NCBI GenBank assembly: GCA_002733505.1 | Contig: NVVW01000001.1 | Location: forward strand, 88,200-152,199 | Source of the DNA: Methylophaga sp. | GTDB lineage: Bacteria > Pseudomonadota > Gammaproteobacteria > Nitrosococcales > Methylophagaceae | Reading direction: 5' to 3' | Length of the DNA: 64,000 nucleotides | The notes under the pieces: generated by a model | Databases searched by the model: none | What the model saw: only the letters and a program-made list of their open reading frames with translations | What the model was told of the DNA's origin: nothing | Program-made: the position numbers and the translations under genes | Part shown: one piece after another, positions 53,353 to 63,736 of the stretch | Layout: each line of letters begins with the position of its first letter | How positions within the stretch are numbered: position 1 is the stretch's first letter

Positions 53353-53586
53353 ATGGCTGAAGAACATATAGAAGTGCTTGATTTAGTCTCAAATGGTGAT
53401 TGGGATGGTGCTCATCATTTAATACAAGAATGTAATGATGAACTTGCTTGCTTAATTCATGGCTACTTGCATCGAGAAGAAGGTGATTTGAGCAATGCGA
53501 GTTATTGGTACAGTCGTGTTGGACAAGATGTGCCTGATAACTCGCTTGAAGAAGAGTTTAATCGGCTTTACAGTTTAGCTTCTTAA
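53353..53586 (+). CDS. hypothetical small acidic protein
   Basis: 77-aa ORF with an AGGAG RBS. No family recognised. Confidence 0.45.
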   Translation: MAEEHIEVLDLVSNGDWDGAHHLIQECNDELACLIHGYLHREEGDLSNASYWYSRVGQDVPDNSLEEEFNRLYSLAS

Positions 53587-53675
53587 CTGTTATTTAAGCT
53601 CCGCTGATCTTTCATTAGATTGCCGCTAAAAACATGCGGAAACGAAGTAACCGCAGGATCAATGACGGGCTACTT

Positions 53676-55847
53676 TTAACGTCTCCTCGGCTTAGCTTTG
53701 CTCTTATTTGAATTTGGTCGTACATGTTGGGTGCGAAAAGATTTAGCTTGCGTACTACGACGGCTGATGCGTTTGCCTTCACCCTGCCCGCCTGTTCCAG
53801 CTGGTTGCCATGTGGGGATCAAATGCTTTTTACCATTGCCAATCAAATCAGCTCGCCCCATTTTATTTAAGGCATCACGCAACATCGGCCAATTCTCAGG
53901 ATCGTGATAACGTAAAAATGCCTTATGCAATCGCCTAACTTTGATTCCTTTTGGTACGGTAATATCGCCGCCTTTGCGCTTCACTTTACGCAAGGTGTTT
54001 TTGCCAGAATGGTACATTGCGGCGGCGGCTGACATCGGCGAAGGTAAGTATGCCTGAACTTGATCAGCTCTAAAGCCATTGCGCTTTAACCAAATAGCTA
54101 AACTCAACATATCTTTATCGGTGGTGCCAGGATGTGCTGCAATAAAGTAAGGGATCAAGTATTGTTCTTTTCCTGCCTCTTTTGAATATTTATCAAACAT
54201 TGCTTTGAATTTATCATACGTGCCAATACCCGGTTTCATCATTTGATCTAACGGGCCCTCTTCGGTGTGTTCTGGCGCTATTTTTAAATAACCACCCACA
54301 TGATGTGTCACTAATTCTTTAACATATTCAGGAGATAATACTGCTAAGTCATAACGCAAACCCGATGCAATCAATATTTTTTTTATACCCGGCAAGACTC
54401 GCGCTCTTTTATAAAGGTTGATCAGCGGTGTATGGTCTGTGCCTAAGTTTTTGCAAATAGTCGGGAATACGCAGGATAAACGCCGACAACTGGCTTCAAT
54501 CACTTTACTATTACACGCCAGTCGATACATATTGGCTGTCGGCCCGCCTAAATCTGAAATAACACCGGTAAATCCCGGTGTGGTGTCGCGAATAGCTTCA
54601 ACTTCTTTAATAATCGAATCTTCGCTGCGACTTTGAATAATACGCCCTTCATGCTCGGTAATTGAACAAAAAGTACAACCGCCAAAACAACCCCGCATAA
54701 TATTGACCGAAAATCGAATCATTTCATAAGCAGGAATGTTTTTATCACCGTATTGCTTATGTGGCACACGGCTATAAGGCAAATCAAACACACCGTCCAT
54801 TTCTTCAGTCGTTAATGGAATCGGTGGTGGGTTTAACCAAACATCGCGTTCACCATGCTGTTGTACCAAAGCTAAGGCATTGCCTGGATTGGTTTCAAGA
54901 TGAAGAATGCGAGAGGTATGCGCATACAATACGGAGTCACTTCGTACTTGTTGATAAGCAGGCAGGCGAATTACACTTTTTGATGAATCTTTCGGCATCA
55001 CTTTATGAAAGCGAATTATATTGGTTTTTGGCTCGTCTTCTTTGTTTTTCTCGGTTTCAGCCTTTGATGTTTCACAACTGGCTTCTGTTTGCATAGCGTA
55101 AGGATCAATCGGTGGGTTAACCTTGCCCGGTGTGTCTACACTAGTTGAATTTTTCTCCCACCAACCTTCACGCTGACCATGTTTAGTGATAAATGCAGTG
55201 CCTCGAATATCGGTTAATTCGGATACGGACTCATTGGCAGCTAAACGGTGGGCGATTTCGACTACTTGTCGTTCACCATTGCCGTAAACTAATAAGTCCG
55301 CTTTGGCATCCATAATCACACTGCGGCGTACTTTCTCAGACCAATAATCAAAATGAGCAATGCGGCGCAAGCTGGCCTCGATACCACCTATAATGATGGG
55401 CACACCTTTATATGCTTCTCGACAGCGCTGGCTATACGGCACTACACAGCGATCAGGTCGCTTACCACCCTCAGCTGCGGCAGTATACGCATCATTGCTG
55501 CGAATACGGCGATCAGAGGTGTAGCGGTTGACCATCGAATCCATATTACCGCCGGTCACACCAAAAAACAGATTGGGTTCACCTAGCTGTTTAAAGTCCT
55601 CGGCACTCAACCAATCAGGCTGCGAAATAATGCCCACTCTAAAACCTTGTGATTCCAACAATCGACCAATAAGCGCCATGCCAAAACTGGGATGATCGAC
55701 ATAAGCATCGCCTGTTACTAGGATAATGTCACACGAATCCCAGCCAAGATCATCCATTTCTTCACGAGACATGGGTAATTGTGGTGCCACACCAAAGCGA
55801 TGTGCCCAAAATTTACGGTTGGAAAAGAGTTCAGGGGCGAGCTGCAT
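53676..55847 (-). CDS. ygiQ: YgiQ-family (UPF0313) radical SAM protein
   Basis: 723 aa. N-terminus [44 protein letters not shown], radical-SAM cluster [10 protein letters not shown], basic C-terminal tail. Confidence 0.9.
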   Translation of the reverse strand: MQLAPELFSNRKFWAHRFGVAPQLPMSREEMDDLGWDSCDIILVTGDAYVDHPSFGMALIGRLLESQGFRVGIISQPDWLSAEDFKQLGEPNLFFGVTGGNMDSMVNRYTSDRRIRSNDAYTAAAEGGKRPDRCVVPYSQRCREAYKGVPIIIGGIEASLRRIAHFDYWSEKVRRSVIMDAKADLLVYGNGERQVVEIAHRLAANESVSELTDIRGTAFITKHGQREGWWEKNSTSVDTPGKVNPPIDPYAMQTEASCETSKAETEKNKEDEPKTNIIRFHKVMPKDSSKSVIRLPAYQQVRSDSVLYAHTSRILHLETNPGNALALVQQHGERDVWLNPPPIPLTTEEMDGVFDLPYSRVPHKQYGDKNIPAYEMIRFSVNIMRGCFGGCTFCSITEHEGRIIQSRSEDSIIKEVEAIRDTTPGFTGVISDLGGPTANMYRLACNSKVIEASCRRLSCVFPTICKNLGTDHTPLINLYKRARVLPGIKKILIASGLRYDLAVLSPEYVKELVTHHVGGYLKIAPEHTEEGPLDQMMKPGIGTYDKFKAMFDKYSKEAGKEQYLIPYFIAAHPGTTDKDMLSLAIWLKRNGFRADQVQAYLPSPMSAAAAMYHSGKNTLRKVKRKGGDITVPKGIKVRRLHKAFLRYHDPENWPMLRDALNKMGRADLIGNGKKHLIPTWQPAGTGGQGEGKRISRRSTQAKSFRTQHVRPNSNKSKAKPRRR

Positions 55848-55932
55848 AAAGCCTCAATACAAAAAGTTCAAAAATCTTATAGTGAACTATTCTAACAAAA
55901 CTAAGCAAATACCCGAGAGTTTTTATCGGGAT

Positions 55933-56487
55933 TCAATCAATAATACTTACTTGAGTGCCATTTTTGACATACGCCTTTAATATTTCAACCTCATGATTTC
56001 TTAGCGCAATACAGCCTTGCGTCCAATTAGCAATTTGATGAATTTCAATTTTATCTTGTGTTTCAATGCCAATACCATGAATGCCTATAGAGCCACCTAG
56101 TGGCGTATCCTGCGGTGGTGTTTTCCCTGCAATATGCGCATCTAGAATCGCATTATATTCTGCTTTAGTTATAAGCTTAGATGCTAGAGCCGTTATCGCA
56201 TCATTGACGCTGGGATAATCTAACTGTAAAAAAAGATGAAAACGGTCACTACTACGAATTTTCTTGATTCGATACGTTCCTTTTGGTGTTGTGCGATCAC
56301 CGCGCTGCAGTTTAGCTTTTCTACCACCACTGCCAAATGCTGCTCTAAAAGAGTTTAGTACAACATCATTTTTTACAATTAATAATTTATGTTCTGAGCG
56401 TATGACTATTAACTCAACTTCTTCAGACGCGCTTGCACTTGCTGTAGTGCAGAATATACACATAATGATAAATACTATTTTATACAA
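55933..56487 (-). CDS. L,D-transpeptidase (YkuD domain)
   Basis: 184 aa, signal peptide. Catalytic IGIHGIG...NWTQGCIALRN His/Cys motif. Confidence 0.8.
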   Translation of the reverse strand: MYKIVFIIMCIFCTTASASASEEVELIVIRSEHKLLIVKNDVVLNSFRAAFGSGGRKAKLQRGDRTTPKGTYRIKKIRSSDRFHLFLQLDYPSVNDAITALASKLITKAEYNAILDAHIAGKTPPQDTPLGGSIGIHGIGIETQDKIEIHQIANWTQGCIALRNHEVEILKAYVKNGTQVSIID

Positions 56488-56564
56488 GTCATTCCTTTAA
56501 AATTTGGCTTAATTCGAGGATCACTTTAACACATACAACAGAAGGCACCATGTCACTGCTACTC

Positions 56565-57299
56565 TTATTTAGCATGCCCTTGATATAATAATTTATTCAT
56601 TGTGGTTATCGTGCTAACACTAATTTCTTTAGGGCAAACACGTTCACATTCGCGATAATTACTACAACCGCCAAAACCTTGTTCATCCATAGCTTCAAGC
56701 AATTTCTCAGCACGTTTTTTATCCATTTGGCCTTGTGGCAAGGTCGACAAGTGCGTCACCTTAGCGGCAACAAATAGTGTTGCCGAAGCATTCGGGCAAG
56801 CCGCAACACACGCACCACAGCCGATACATGTTGCAGAATCAAACGCCGCATCAGCTACTTCTTTTTCAATAGCAATCGTGTTGGCTTCACCTGCTGAGCC
56901 AGTTCGAATTTCAATATAACCCCCTGCTTGAATAATTTTTTCAAACGAAGTTCTATCAACAATTAAATCTTTAATAATAGGAAAGGCAGTAGCGCGCCAT
57001 GGTTCAATCCATAATTCGCGCTCATCAGCATAATCGCGCATATATTGCTGACAGGTGGTGGTTGCGCGATGTTTGCCATGCGGCGTTCCGTTAATAACCA
57101 AATTACACGAACCACAAATGCCTTCACGACAATCAAAATCAAAGGCAATCGCTTCTTTATCCGACTCGATTAACTGCTCATTTAAGGCATCTAACATTTC
57201 TAAAAATGAGGTGTCGGCGTTAACCTCTATTTGATGCTGTTCAAATTCACCTGTTGAATCTGCATTTTGTTGCCGCCAGATATGTAGTTTATAAATCAT
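56565..57299 (-). CDS. sdhB: succinate dehydrogenase/fumarate reductase iron-sulfur subunit
   Basis: ORF trimmed to ATG 57299 (MIYKLHIWRQQ). Cys clusters CREGICGSC, CIGCGACVAACP and C..YRECERVCP. Confidence 0.85.
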   Translation of the reverse strand: MIYKLHIWRQQNADSTGEFEQHQIEVNADTSFLEMLDALNEQLIESDKEAIAFDFDCREGICGSCNLVINGTPHGKHRATTTCQQYMRDYADERELWIEPWRATAFPIIKDLIVDRTSFEKIIQAGGYIEIRTGSAGEANTIAIEKEVADAAFDSATCIGCGACVAACPNASATLFVAAKVTHLSTLPQGQMDKKRAEKLLEAMDEQGFGGCSNYRECERVCPKEISVSTITTMNKLLYQGHAK

Positions 57300-57339
57300 G
57301 TATATACTCAGTGAAGTTGCAGATAATAGCAATCAATAG

Positions 57340-57407
57340 CCCGTCATCCTCGAGATCTTTTATCGAGGATCTATAGACTCCGGCTAAAAGCATGCGGGAG
57401 TGACGGG
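57340..57407. repeat. solo palindromic module in the sdhA-sdhB intergenic spacer
   Basis: CCCGTCATCCTCGAGATCTTTTATCGAGGATCTATAGACTCCGGCTAAAAGCATGCGGGAGTGACGGG. Same module as at 20335 and inside the family 1 MITEs. Confidence 0.65.
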
Positions 57408-57436
57408 AAATAGAAATCTGCATTTTCAATTATCCC

Positions 57437-59377
57437 TCATCTATAATTTCTTGTTGTGGGTCTTACAAATTCAAAATGCAATTCTTCTTTATAGAGAACC
57501 GGCACACTCAAATCACCACTATATTGCCATGCTGCCACATAACAAAAATCTTCGTCATGCCGCTGCGCCTCACCATCACCGGTGATGTGCTCTTCTCTAG
57601 CATGGCAACCGCACGATTCTTCCCGCGTTAATGCATCAATACACATTAATTCCGCTAGTTCAAAAAAGTCAGCTATGCGTCCCGCTCGCTCTAATGTTTG
57701 ATTAAGTGTTTCATCACTGCCTGTTATTTTGACTTGTTGCCAAAATTGTTCTCGTAAGGTTTTAATCTGTTTTATTGACTGTTCCAAAATTGATTTCTCA
57801 CGCGCCATTCCGCAGGCATTCCAGATAATTTGTCCCAACTTTCGATGGAACTCATCGGCTGTTTTTTGTGGGGCTGGCGCATTCATTAATCGTTGAATTT
57901 TATCTTTACAAGCTTGCAAAGCCTGTTCTGCTTCTGGATAAGTTTGCGTAATATCTAAAGGTTTTTGATGTGCAAGATAATTTGACACGGTTGATGGCAA
58001 TACAAAATAACCATCGGCCAAGCCTTGCATTAAAGCGCTGGCACCTAAACGATTGGCACCGTGATCAGAAAAATTGGCCTCACCACCAGCAAACAAACCA
58101 TCAATAGAGGTCATCAAATTATAATCAACCCATAAACCACCCATGGTGTAATGCACCGCCGGATAAATACGCATCGGCGTAGTGTAAGGATCTTCAGCAG
58201 CAATATGTTGATACATATCAAATAGGTTGCCATATTTTTCACGTATCGCATCCAGTCCCTGATCTTCTATTGCTTTAGCAAAATCGAGATAAACCCCCAG
58301 TTTTTTGCCCTCAATATCATGCCCCACGCCGCGACCTTCATCGCAAATCAGTTTTACGGCACGCGAAGCAATGTCGCGTGGCACTAAGTTGCCAAAAGCG
58401 GGATACATTCGCTCCAAGAAGTAATCACGATCGTGCTCGGCAATATCTTCCGGTTGTTTATCACAATCGGCTTTATTTTTAGGCGCCCAAATTCGGCCAT
58501 CATTACGCAATGATTCACTCATTAAGGTTAATTTCGATTGCAACTCACCCGCCTGAGGAATACAGGTCGGATGGATCTGAGTGAAACACGGGTTAGCAAA
58601 CAAAGCACCGTGTTTATGTGCCCGCCACACTGCCGAAGCATTACAACCTTTGGCATTGGTCGAAAGGTAAAATATATTGCCATAGCCGCCGGTACAGAGT
58701 ATGACAACATCCGCCATATGGGCTTCCAATTTACCCGTTACTAAATCTCGTGAAACAATGCCCTTTGCTTTGCCATCAATTAAAATCAGATCCTGCATCT
58801 CACTACGAGAATGATGGACAACGGTGCCTTCTTCAATTTGCTTACTCATGGCCTGATACGCACCGAGCAATAATTGTTGGCCTGTTTGACCGCGCGCATA
58901 GAATGTTCGAGAAACCTGCGCACCACCAAAAGAACGATTGGCTAAATAACCACTGTATTCACGTGCAAAGGGCACGCCTTGAGCGACTGCCTGATCGATG
59001 ATGCTAGTGCTGAGCTCTGCAAGGCGAAATACATTGGATTCACGGGCGCGATAATCGCCGCCTTTTATGGTGTCATAAAATAAGCGCCAGGTGCTGTCTC
59101 CATCATTTTGATAGTTTTTAGCTGCATTAATACCACCTTGCGCGGCAATACTGTGTGCGCGGCGTGGGCTGTCTTGAAAACAAAACGTTTTAACCTTATA
59201 GCCCATCTCACCTAACGAGGCTGCCGCGGCCGCACCAGCGAGCCCAGTGCCAACAACAATAATATTATATTTTTTCCTGTTGGCTGGGCTAACAATTTTC
59301 AAATCAAACTTATGTTGTGTCCACCTGTTCTCCAGGCTGCCTTTAGGGGTATGGCTATCTAATTCAAAATCAGTCAT
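57437..59377 (-). CDS. sdhA: succinate dehydrogenase/fumarate reductase flavoprotein subunit
   Basis: ORF trimmed to ATG 59377 (MTDFELDSH), which forms an ATGA overlap with the sdhC stop. FAD fold [12 protein letters not shown] and covalent-FAD His context [10 protein letters not shown]. Confidence 0.9.
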   Translation of the reverse strand: MTDFELDSHTPKGSLENRWTQHKFDLKIVSPANRKKYNIIVVGTGLAGAAAAASLGEMGYKVKTFCFQDSPRRAHSIAAQGGINAAKNYQNDGDSTWRLFYDTIKGGDYRARESNVFRLAELSTSIIDQAVAQGVPFAREYSGYLANRSFGGAQVSRTFYARGQTGQQLLLGAYQAMSKQIEEGTVVHHSRSEMQDLILIDGKAKGIVSRDLVTGKLEAHMADVVILCTGGYGNIFYLSTNAKGCNASAVWRAHKHGALFANPCFTQIHPTCIPQAGELQSKLTLMSESLRNDGRIWAPKNKADCDKQPEDIAEHDRDYFLERMYPAFGNLVPRDIASRAVKLICDEGRGVGHDIEGKKLGVYLDFAKAIEDQGLDAIREKYGNLFDMYQHIAAEDPYTTPMRIYPAVHYTMGGLWVDYNLMTSIDGLFAGGEANFSDHGANRLGASALMQGLADGYFVLPSTVSNYLAHQKPLDITQTYPEAEQALQACKDKIQRLMNAPAPQKTADEFHRKLGQIIWNACGMAREKSILEQSIKQIKTLREQFWQQVKITGSDETLNQTLERAGRIADFFELAELMCIDALTREESCGCHAREEHITGDGEAQRHDEDFCYVAAWQYSGDLSVPVLYKEELHFEFVRPTTRNYR

Positions 59378-59961
59378 GGCATCACAAAATAAATATAAAG
59401 AGGAACAGAAGCAAAACCGCCTGTTAAGGCTAGTACACCCGCCCAAACTAGACCGTGGTAAATAACCGATGTTTTGCCTAGTGTTTGCAAAACATTGGCT
59501 AGGGAGTGACTCAAATGCATCGTCAACACCAACAGTCCTGCTAAATAAAACAAGAGCATCGGTGCAGATTGAAATTGTGCGGTCACTTCTTCATACAATG
59601 CACTGGTATCAAATAATAATGATTGAATAATATGTATGACTATAAAACCGAATAAAAAAATAATACTAAGCGTAACTAGAAATGCCGGTATTTTAAATTT
59701 ATCGTGTTTAGCATAATCAATGGTGCGCGCTTTGGCGTTCACTTTTCGAATTTTTATCGCTACTTTCACATGGATGGCTATTGCAACCAGCATCAGCAAC
59801 AAGACACTCCATCGAATTAACCCTGTGTTATAAACATCATAAAAACGCGTAAATGCAGCTTCGGAGAAAAAACTCAAGTTTGAAAGCATGTGGAACACTA
59901 GATAAACGGTCATTACTACACCTGCCAGCGCCATCACTCTTTTATGCAGCTGTAGAACCAT
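59374..59961 (-). CDS. sdhC: succinate:quinone oxidoreductase cytochrome b subunit, b558 (single large anchor) type
   Basis: 195 aa, 5 TM helices. Four His at 24, 64, 110 and 152 are spaced like the bis-His ligands of Bacillus subtilis SdhC (28, 70, 113, 155, from memory). First gene before sdhA-sdhB. No sdhD. Confidence 0.7.
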   Translation of the reverse strand: MVLQLHKRVMALAGVVMTVYLVFHMLSNLSFFSEAAFTRFYDVYNTGLIRWSVLLLMLVAIAIHVKVAIKIRKVNAKARTIDYAKHDKFKIPAFLVTLSIIFLFGFIVIHIIQSLLFDTSALYEEVTAQFQSAPMLLFYLAGLLVLTMHLSHSLANVLQTLGKTSVIYHGLVWAGVLALTGGFASVPLYIYFVMP

Positions 59962-60464
59962 TAACTTTCCATATCTACTAATAGATCTTCACTATCACGC
60001 CGAGGCTTTAGCTTTTCTTTTTCAATGCTGCGGATACAACTATTCCAACGCAAAGTAGCTTCATCATTTTTTTCTGGGCATCGATCAATGGCTTGCTGAT
60101 AGCAGTGCAATGCCTCAATAAAACAATCATAAGCAAAGGAGTGAGACATCGACTGAGCGAGCAAATGTCGCGCTCTACGTTCATTTAATAAACCCGCGTA
60201 ATAATAGCGTTGATACTGACTGTCCAATTTTTCAATTGTGCGTTCAATGATTTTAATTTGTGTTTGATTTTCGGCTCGAGCAATCTGATCTAACAATGCA
60301 AGAATATAGACAATCAAAACATCTTGATTCTCTGGAGCAACATTAAGTATATCGAGACAAATACTTTCAGCTATTTCAGGTTCAAGTAAAGAGCGATATT
60401 GCTTGGCTTTTTCCAACGCTTTATCAACAGCGCTGATGCGAATATCATGTAACTTTAGTTCCAT
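59961..60464 (-). CDS. hypothetical helical (TPR-like) protein co-oriented with sdhCAB
   Basis: 167-aa ORF. The stop abuts the sdhC start codon (TAATG junction at 59961). No family recognised. Confidence 0.45.
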   Translation of the reverse strand: MELKLHDIRISAVDKALEKAKQYRSLLEPEIAESICLDILNVAPENQDVLIVYILALLDQIARAENQTQIKIIERTIEKLDSQYQRYYYAGLLNERRARHLLAQSMSHSFAYDCFIEALHCYQQAIDRCPEKNDEATLRWNSCIRSIEKEKLKPRRDSEDLLVDMES

Positions 60465-60645
60465 TTAATTCATTCCTAATTGCCAAGAGTTTAAGTTAGA
60501 CTACATTTAGTAGCATTTTATTACAAGATATCGACAACTATAAGTAAATCTATACTCTATTTAGGCGTATTTAATGGAGTAAAAAGGCGATTTCTGCTAT
60601 CTTGCACGCTTATTATTTAGCTTAAATTTCTTGCAGATAAACCTT

Positions 60646-62664
60646 ATGTCACGAAAAATTCTTGTTACCAGCGCGCTACCTTATGCCAATGGCTCTATTC
60701 ACCTTGGTCACCTTGTTGAATATATTCAAACCGATATTTGGGTGCGTTTTCAAAAAATGCGTGGTCATGAATGTCATTATGTATGCGCTGATGATGCCCA
60801 CGGCACGCCTATTATGTTACGTGCACAAAGCGAAGGTATCACACCTGAAACATTGATCGCCAATACGCAACAAGAACATCAAGCTGATTTTGCTGATTTT
60901 AATATCCACTTTGACAATTATCACAGCACCCACAGCGAAGAAAATAAGGCGTTAGCCAACCAGATATATCTTGCTAATAAAGCAGCGGGGCATATTACCA
61001 CTCGCACCATTAGCCAAGCCTATGACCCCGAAAAAGAAATGTTCTTGCCTGATCGTTTTATTCGAGGAGAATGCCCTAAATGTAATGCCGCTGATCAATA
61101 TGGTGACAACTGTGAAGCCTGTGGTGCAACCTATGATCCGACCGACTTAATCAACCCTGTTTCAGCGGTTTCTGGGGCGACACCGATCACTAAAGATTCT
61201 GAGCATCACTTTTTTAAACTAGCTGATTTTGAAGATGATTTGAAAAAATGGACGCGCGCAGGACATTTACAAAAAGAAGTCAGCCATAAATTAGATGAAT
61301 GGTTTGAAAGTGGTTTGAGGGATTGGGATATTTCGCGTGATGCGCCCTACTTTGGTTTTGAGATTCCCGACGCACCCAATAAATATTTTTATGTATGGCT
61401 CGATGCACCGATTGGCTATTTAGCTAGCTTCAAACACTATTGTGATCGCACCGGTGTGAATTTTGATGAATATATGAACGCCGACAGCACCACCGAAATG
61501 GTGCATTTTATTGGCAAAGATATTATCTATTTTCACGCGCTATTTTGGCCTGCAACGTTACAAGGTGCAGGTTTTAGACTGCCCACCTCTATTTTTGCCC
61601 ACGGTTTTTTAACGGTTGATGGCAAAAAAATGTCTAAATCACGCGGCACCTTTATCAAAGCACGTACTTATTTAGACCATTTAAACCCAGAATATTTACG
61701 TTATTATTATGCCGCTAAATTAGGCTCAGGCATTGATGATATTGATTTAAATTTAGAAGACTTCCAAAACCGTATCAATTCTGATTTAGTCGGCAAAGTA
61801 GTCAATATCGCCAGCCGTTGTGCCGGCTATATTAATAAGAAATTTGATGGCCAATTATCAGCAACATTAGCTGACAGTGCTTTATTTGACGAATTTACAG
61901 CTCAAGCGGATGCCATTGCAGATAAAATGGAAAAACGTGAGTTTGGTCATGCCATGCGTGACATTATGGCACTAGCTGATAAAGCCAATCAATACATTGA
62001 TGAAATGAAACCATGGGCTTTAACTAAAGAAGAAGGCAAAGAGCAACAAGTTCACGATATTTACAGCATGGGCATTAACTTATTCCGCGTGTTAATTATC
62101 TATTTAAAACCCGTTTTACCCGCTACGGTTGCACAAGCAGAGGCATTCCTAAATATTGAACCACTGCAATGGGATGATGCTACAACACCGTTGCTTAACC
62201 ATACTATCAGCAAGTTCAAACCACTAATGACACGTATTGAAACGGATAAAATTGAAGCAATTCAAGAGGCATCCAAAGAAACACTTGTAGCTAAAACACC
62301 GGTTCAAGAAAAGAAGAATGATATCGAACCCATAGCTGATGAAATAAGCTTTGATGATTTCGCTAAAATCGACTTAAGGATTGCCAAAATAGTTAATGCC
62401 GAACACGTCGAAGGTGCGAAAAAATTACTAAAACTCACCTTAAATATTGGCAATGGTGAAAAACAAGTGTTTGCCGGTATTAAATCAGCTTACGCCCCAG
62501 AAGATTTAACAGGAAAACTCACTGTAATGGTAGCCAACCTAACACCACGAAAAATGCGTTTTGGTGTATCCGAAGGCATGGTATTAGCAGCAGGCCCAGG
62601 CGGTGAGGATTTGTTCATTCTTAACCCTGATGAGGGTGCTCAGGCCGGGATGCGGGTTAAATAA
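60646..62664 (+). CDS. metG: methionine--tRNA ligase
   Basis: ORF trimmed to ATG 60646. HIGH-type motif (SIHLGHL), Zn knuckles CPKC...CEAC, KMSKS, and a C-terminal tRNA-binding (EMAP-like) domain. Confidence 0.95.
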   Translation: MSRKILVTSALPYANGSIHLGHLVEYIQTDIWVRFQKMRGHECHYVCADDAHGTPIMLRAQSEGITPETLIANTQQEHQADFADFNIHFDNYHSTHSEENKALANQIYLANKAAGHITTRTISQAYDPEKEMFLPDRFIRGECPKCNAADQYGDNCEACGATYDPTDLINPVSAVSGATPITKDSEHHFFKLADFEDDLKKWTRAGHLQKEVSHKLDEWFESGLRDWDISRDAPYFGFEIPDAPNKYFYVWLDAPIGYLASFKHYCDRTGVNFDEYMNADSTTEMVHFIGKDIIYFHALFWPATLQGAGFRLPTSIFAHGFLTVDGKKMSKSRGTFIKARTYLDHLNPEYLRYYYAAKLGSGIDDIDLNLEDFQNRINSDLVGKVVNIASRCAGYINKKFDGQLSATLADSALFDEFTAQADAIADKMEKREFGHAMRDIMALADKANQYIDEMKPWALTKEEGKEQQVHDIYSMGINLFRVLIIYLKPVLPATVAQAEAFLNIEPLQWDDATTPLLNHTISKFKPLMTRIETDKIEAIQEASKETLVAKTPVQEKKNDIEPIADEISFDDFAKIDLRIAKIVNAEHVEGAKKLLKLTLNIGNGEKQVFAGIKSAYAPEDLTGKLTVMVANLTPRKMRFGVSEGMVLAAGPGGEDLFILNPDEGAQAGMRVK

Positions 62665-62701
62665 ACAAGGTAGCATTATAACAAAATAGTAGTGACCACA
62701 T

Positions 62702-62858
62702 TTATACCCGTGATCATTCAAGTTGCATAATTTACACGTCATCCCTGAGATCTTTTATCGGGGATCTCTAGCGGAAACACTAGACTCCCGCTAAAAGCAT
62801 GCTGGGATGACGAGATTTATACAAGATCATCTACAAATTGAATGATTATGGGTATATA
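62702..62858. mobile_element. MITE-like element, family 1
   Basis: TTATACCCGTGATCATTCAA ... TTGAATGATTATGGGTATATA. The core contains the full palindromic module GTCATCCCTGAGATCTTTTATCGGGGATCT...AGACTCCCGCTAAAAGCATGCTGGGATGAC. Confidence 0.7.
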
Positions 62859-63018
62859 CCCATAATCATTCAATCTGTAAATTTCAGACCAAAAGCTAGA
62901 AAGCCAGAGCTACGTTGCAATGCTTGATAAGGACTAGTCATTACCTGCGCATTACGCCTTGCTCTGACTTCCTATTTTTACCCTGAACCTTCACAGATTG
63001 AATGATTACGGGTATATA
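62854..63018. mobile_element. MITE-like element, family 1 termini with a different core
   Basis: TATATACCCATAATCATTCAA ... TTGAATGATTACGGGTATATA. It shares its first bases (TATATA) with the right end of the preceding copy. Its right end touches the nadD stop codon at 63019. Confidence 0.7.
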
Positions 63019-63654
63019 TCATGGTTTTTTATACAATCCCAACATACTAATTAATTGAATAACTGCATCGGGTAATAAAAATTGTGGATTTGAACCGTAA
63101 GCAATCTTGGTACGAATTTCTGTGGCTGAGATGGCTAGTTGCGTCACATTAACTTGCCAAATTTTTCCTGCTAGCTGCGCCGAGCCACCATCAATTGCTA
63201 AATATTGCTTGTACCAGCCAGTCATTTCATCTGACATTGTTAATATTTCATCTGGTCTTTGCATCACTACGATATGCGCTAGATCCAATAATTCCTGCCA
63301 GCGGTGCCATGTTTGAATATAAGAAAAAGCATCCGTGCCCATCATCAAATACAATGGGCTATTTGGGAATTCTTGTCGTAAACTAAGTAATGTATCGACC
63401 GTGTATGAATTGCCATCTCGATGAAACTCTCTATCATCCACCACAAATTGTGGATTATTCTTCACCGCCAGCTGCAACATGGTCAAACGTTGTTCAGGTG
63501 TAGCTTGTGGTTGACCGCGATGCGGTGGACGCACACTTGGAATTAAGTGAATTCGATCTAAATCCAATTGCTCCGCCACATCCAGTGCAGGTCTTAAATG
63601 CCCAAAATGAATAGGATCAAATGTGCCACCCAAGATTCCGATAGATTCTGCCAT
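63019..63654 (-). CDS. nadD: nicotinate-nucleotide adenylyltransferase
   Basis: 211 aa. GILGGTFDPIHFGH nucleotidyltransferase motif. Confidence 0.9.
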   Translation of the reverse strand: MAESIGILGGTFDPIHFGHLRPALDVAEQLDLDRIHLIPSVRPPHRGQPQATPEQRLTMLQLAVKNNPQFVVDDREFHRDGNSYTVDTLLSLRQEFPNSPLYLMMGTDAFSYIQTWHRWQELLDLAHIVVMQRPDEILTMSDEMTGWYKQYLAIDGGSAQLAGKIWQVNVTQLAISATEIRTKIAYGSNPQFLLPDAVIQLISMLGLYKKP

Positions 63655-63736
63655 AACACTATTATTTCCATTTAAAACATAGCCCTCCCCTGCTGGGGAG
63701 GGTTGGGAGAGGGCTTTTACTTATTTATCCAAGTGT

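Noticed and set aside
53139-53354. 71-aa minus-strand ORF upstream of tsaB.
   Set aside because: It has low-complexity, Asn/Ile-rich, AT-driven composition. The plus-strand reading has better translation signals, though it is itself weak.
63655-63736. The GC-rich hairpin (CCCTCCCCtgctGGGGAGGG, nested in AGCCCTC…GAGGGCT) between proA and nadD as a distinct element.
   Set aside because: It is most simply an intercistronic stem-loop or attenuating terminator after proA. It is a single occurrence with no similarity to the repeat families.
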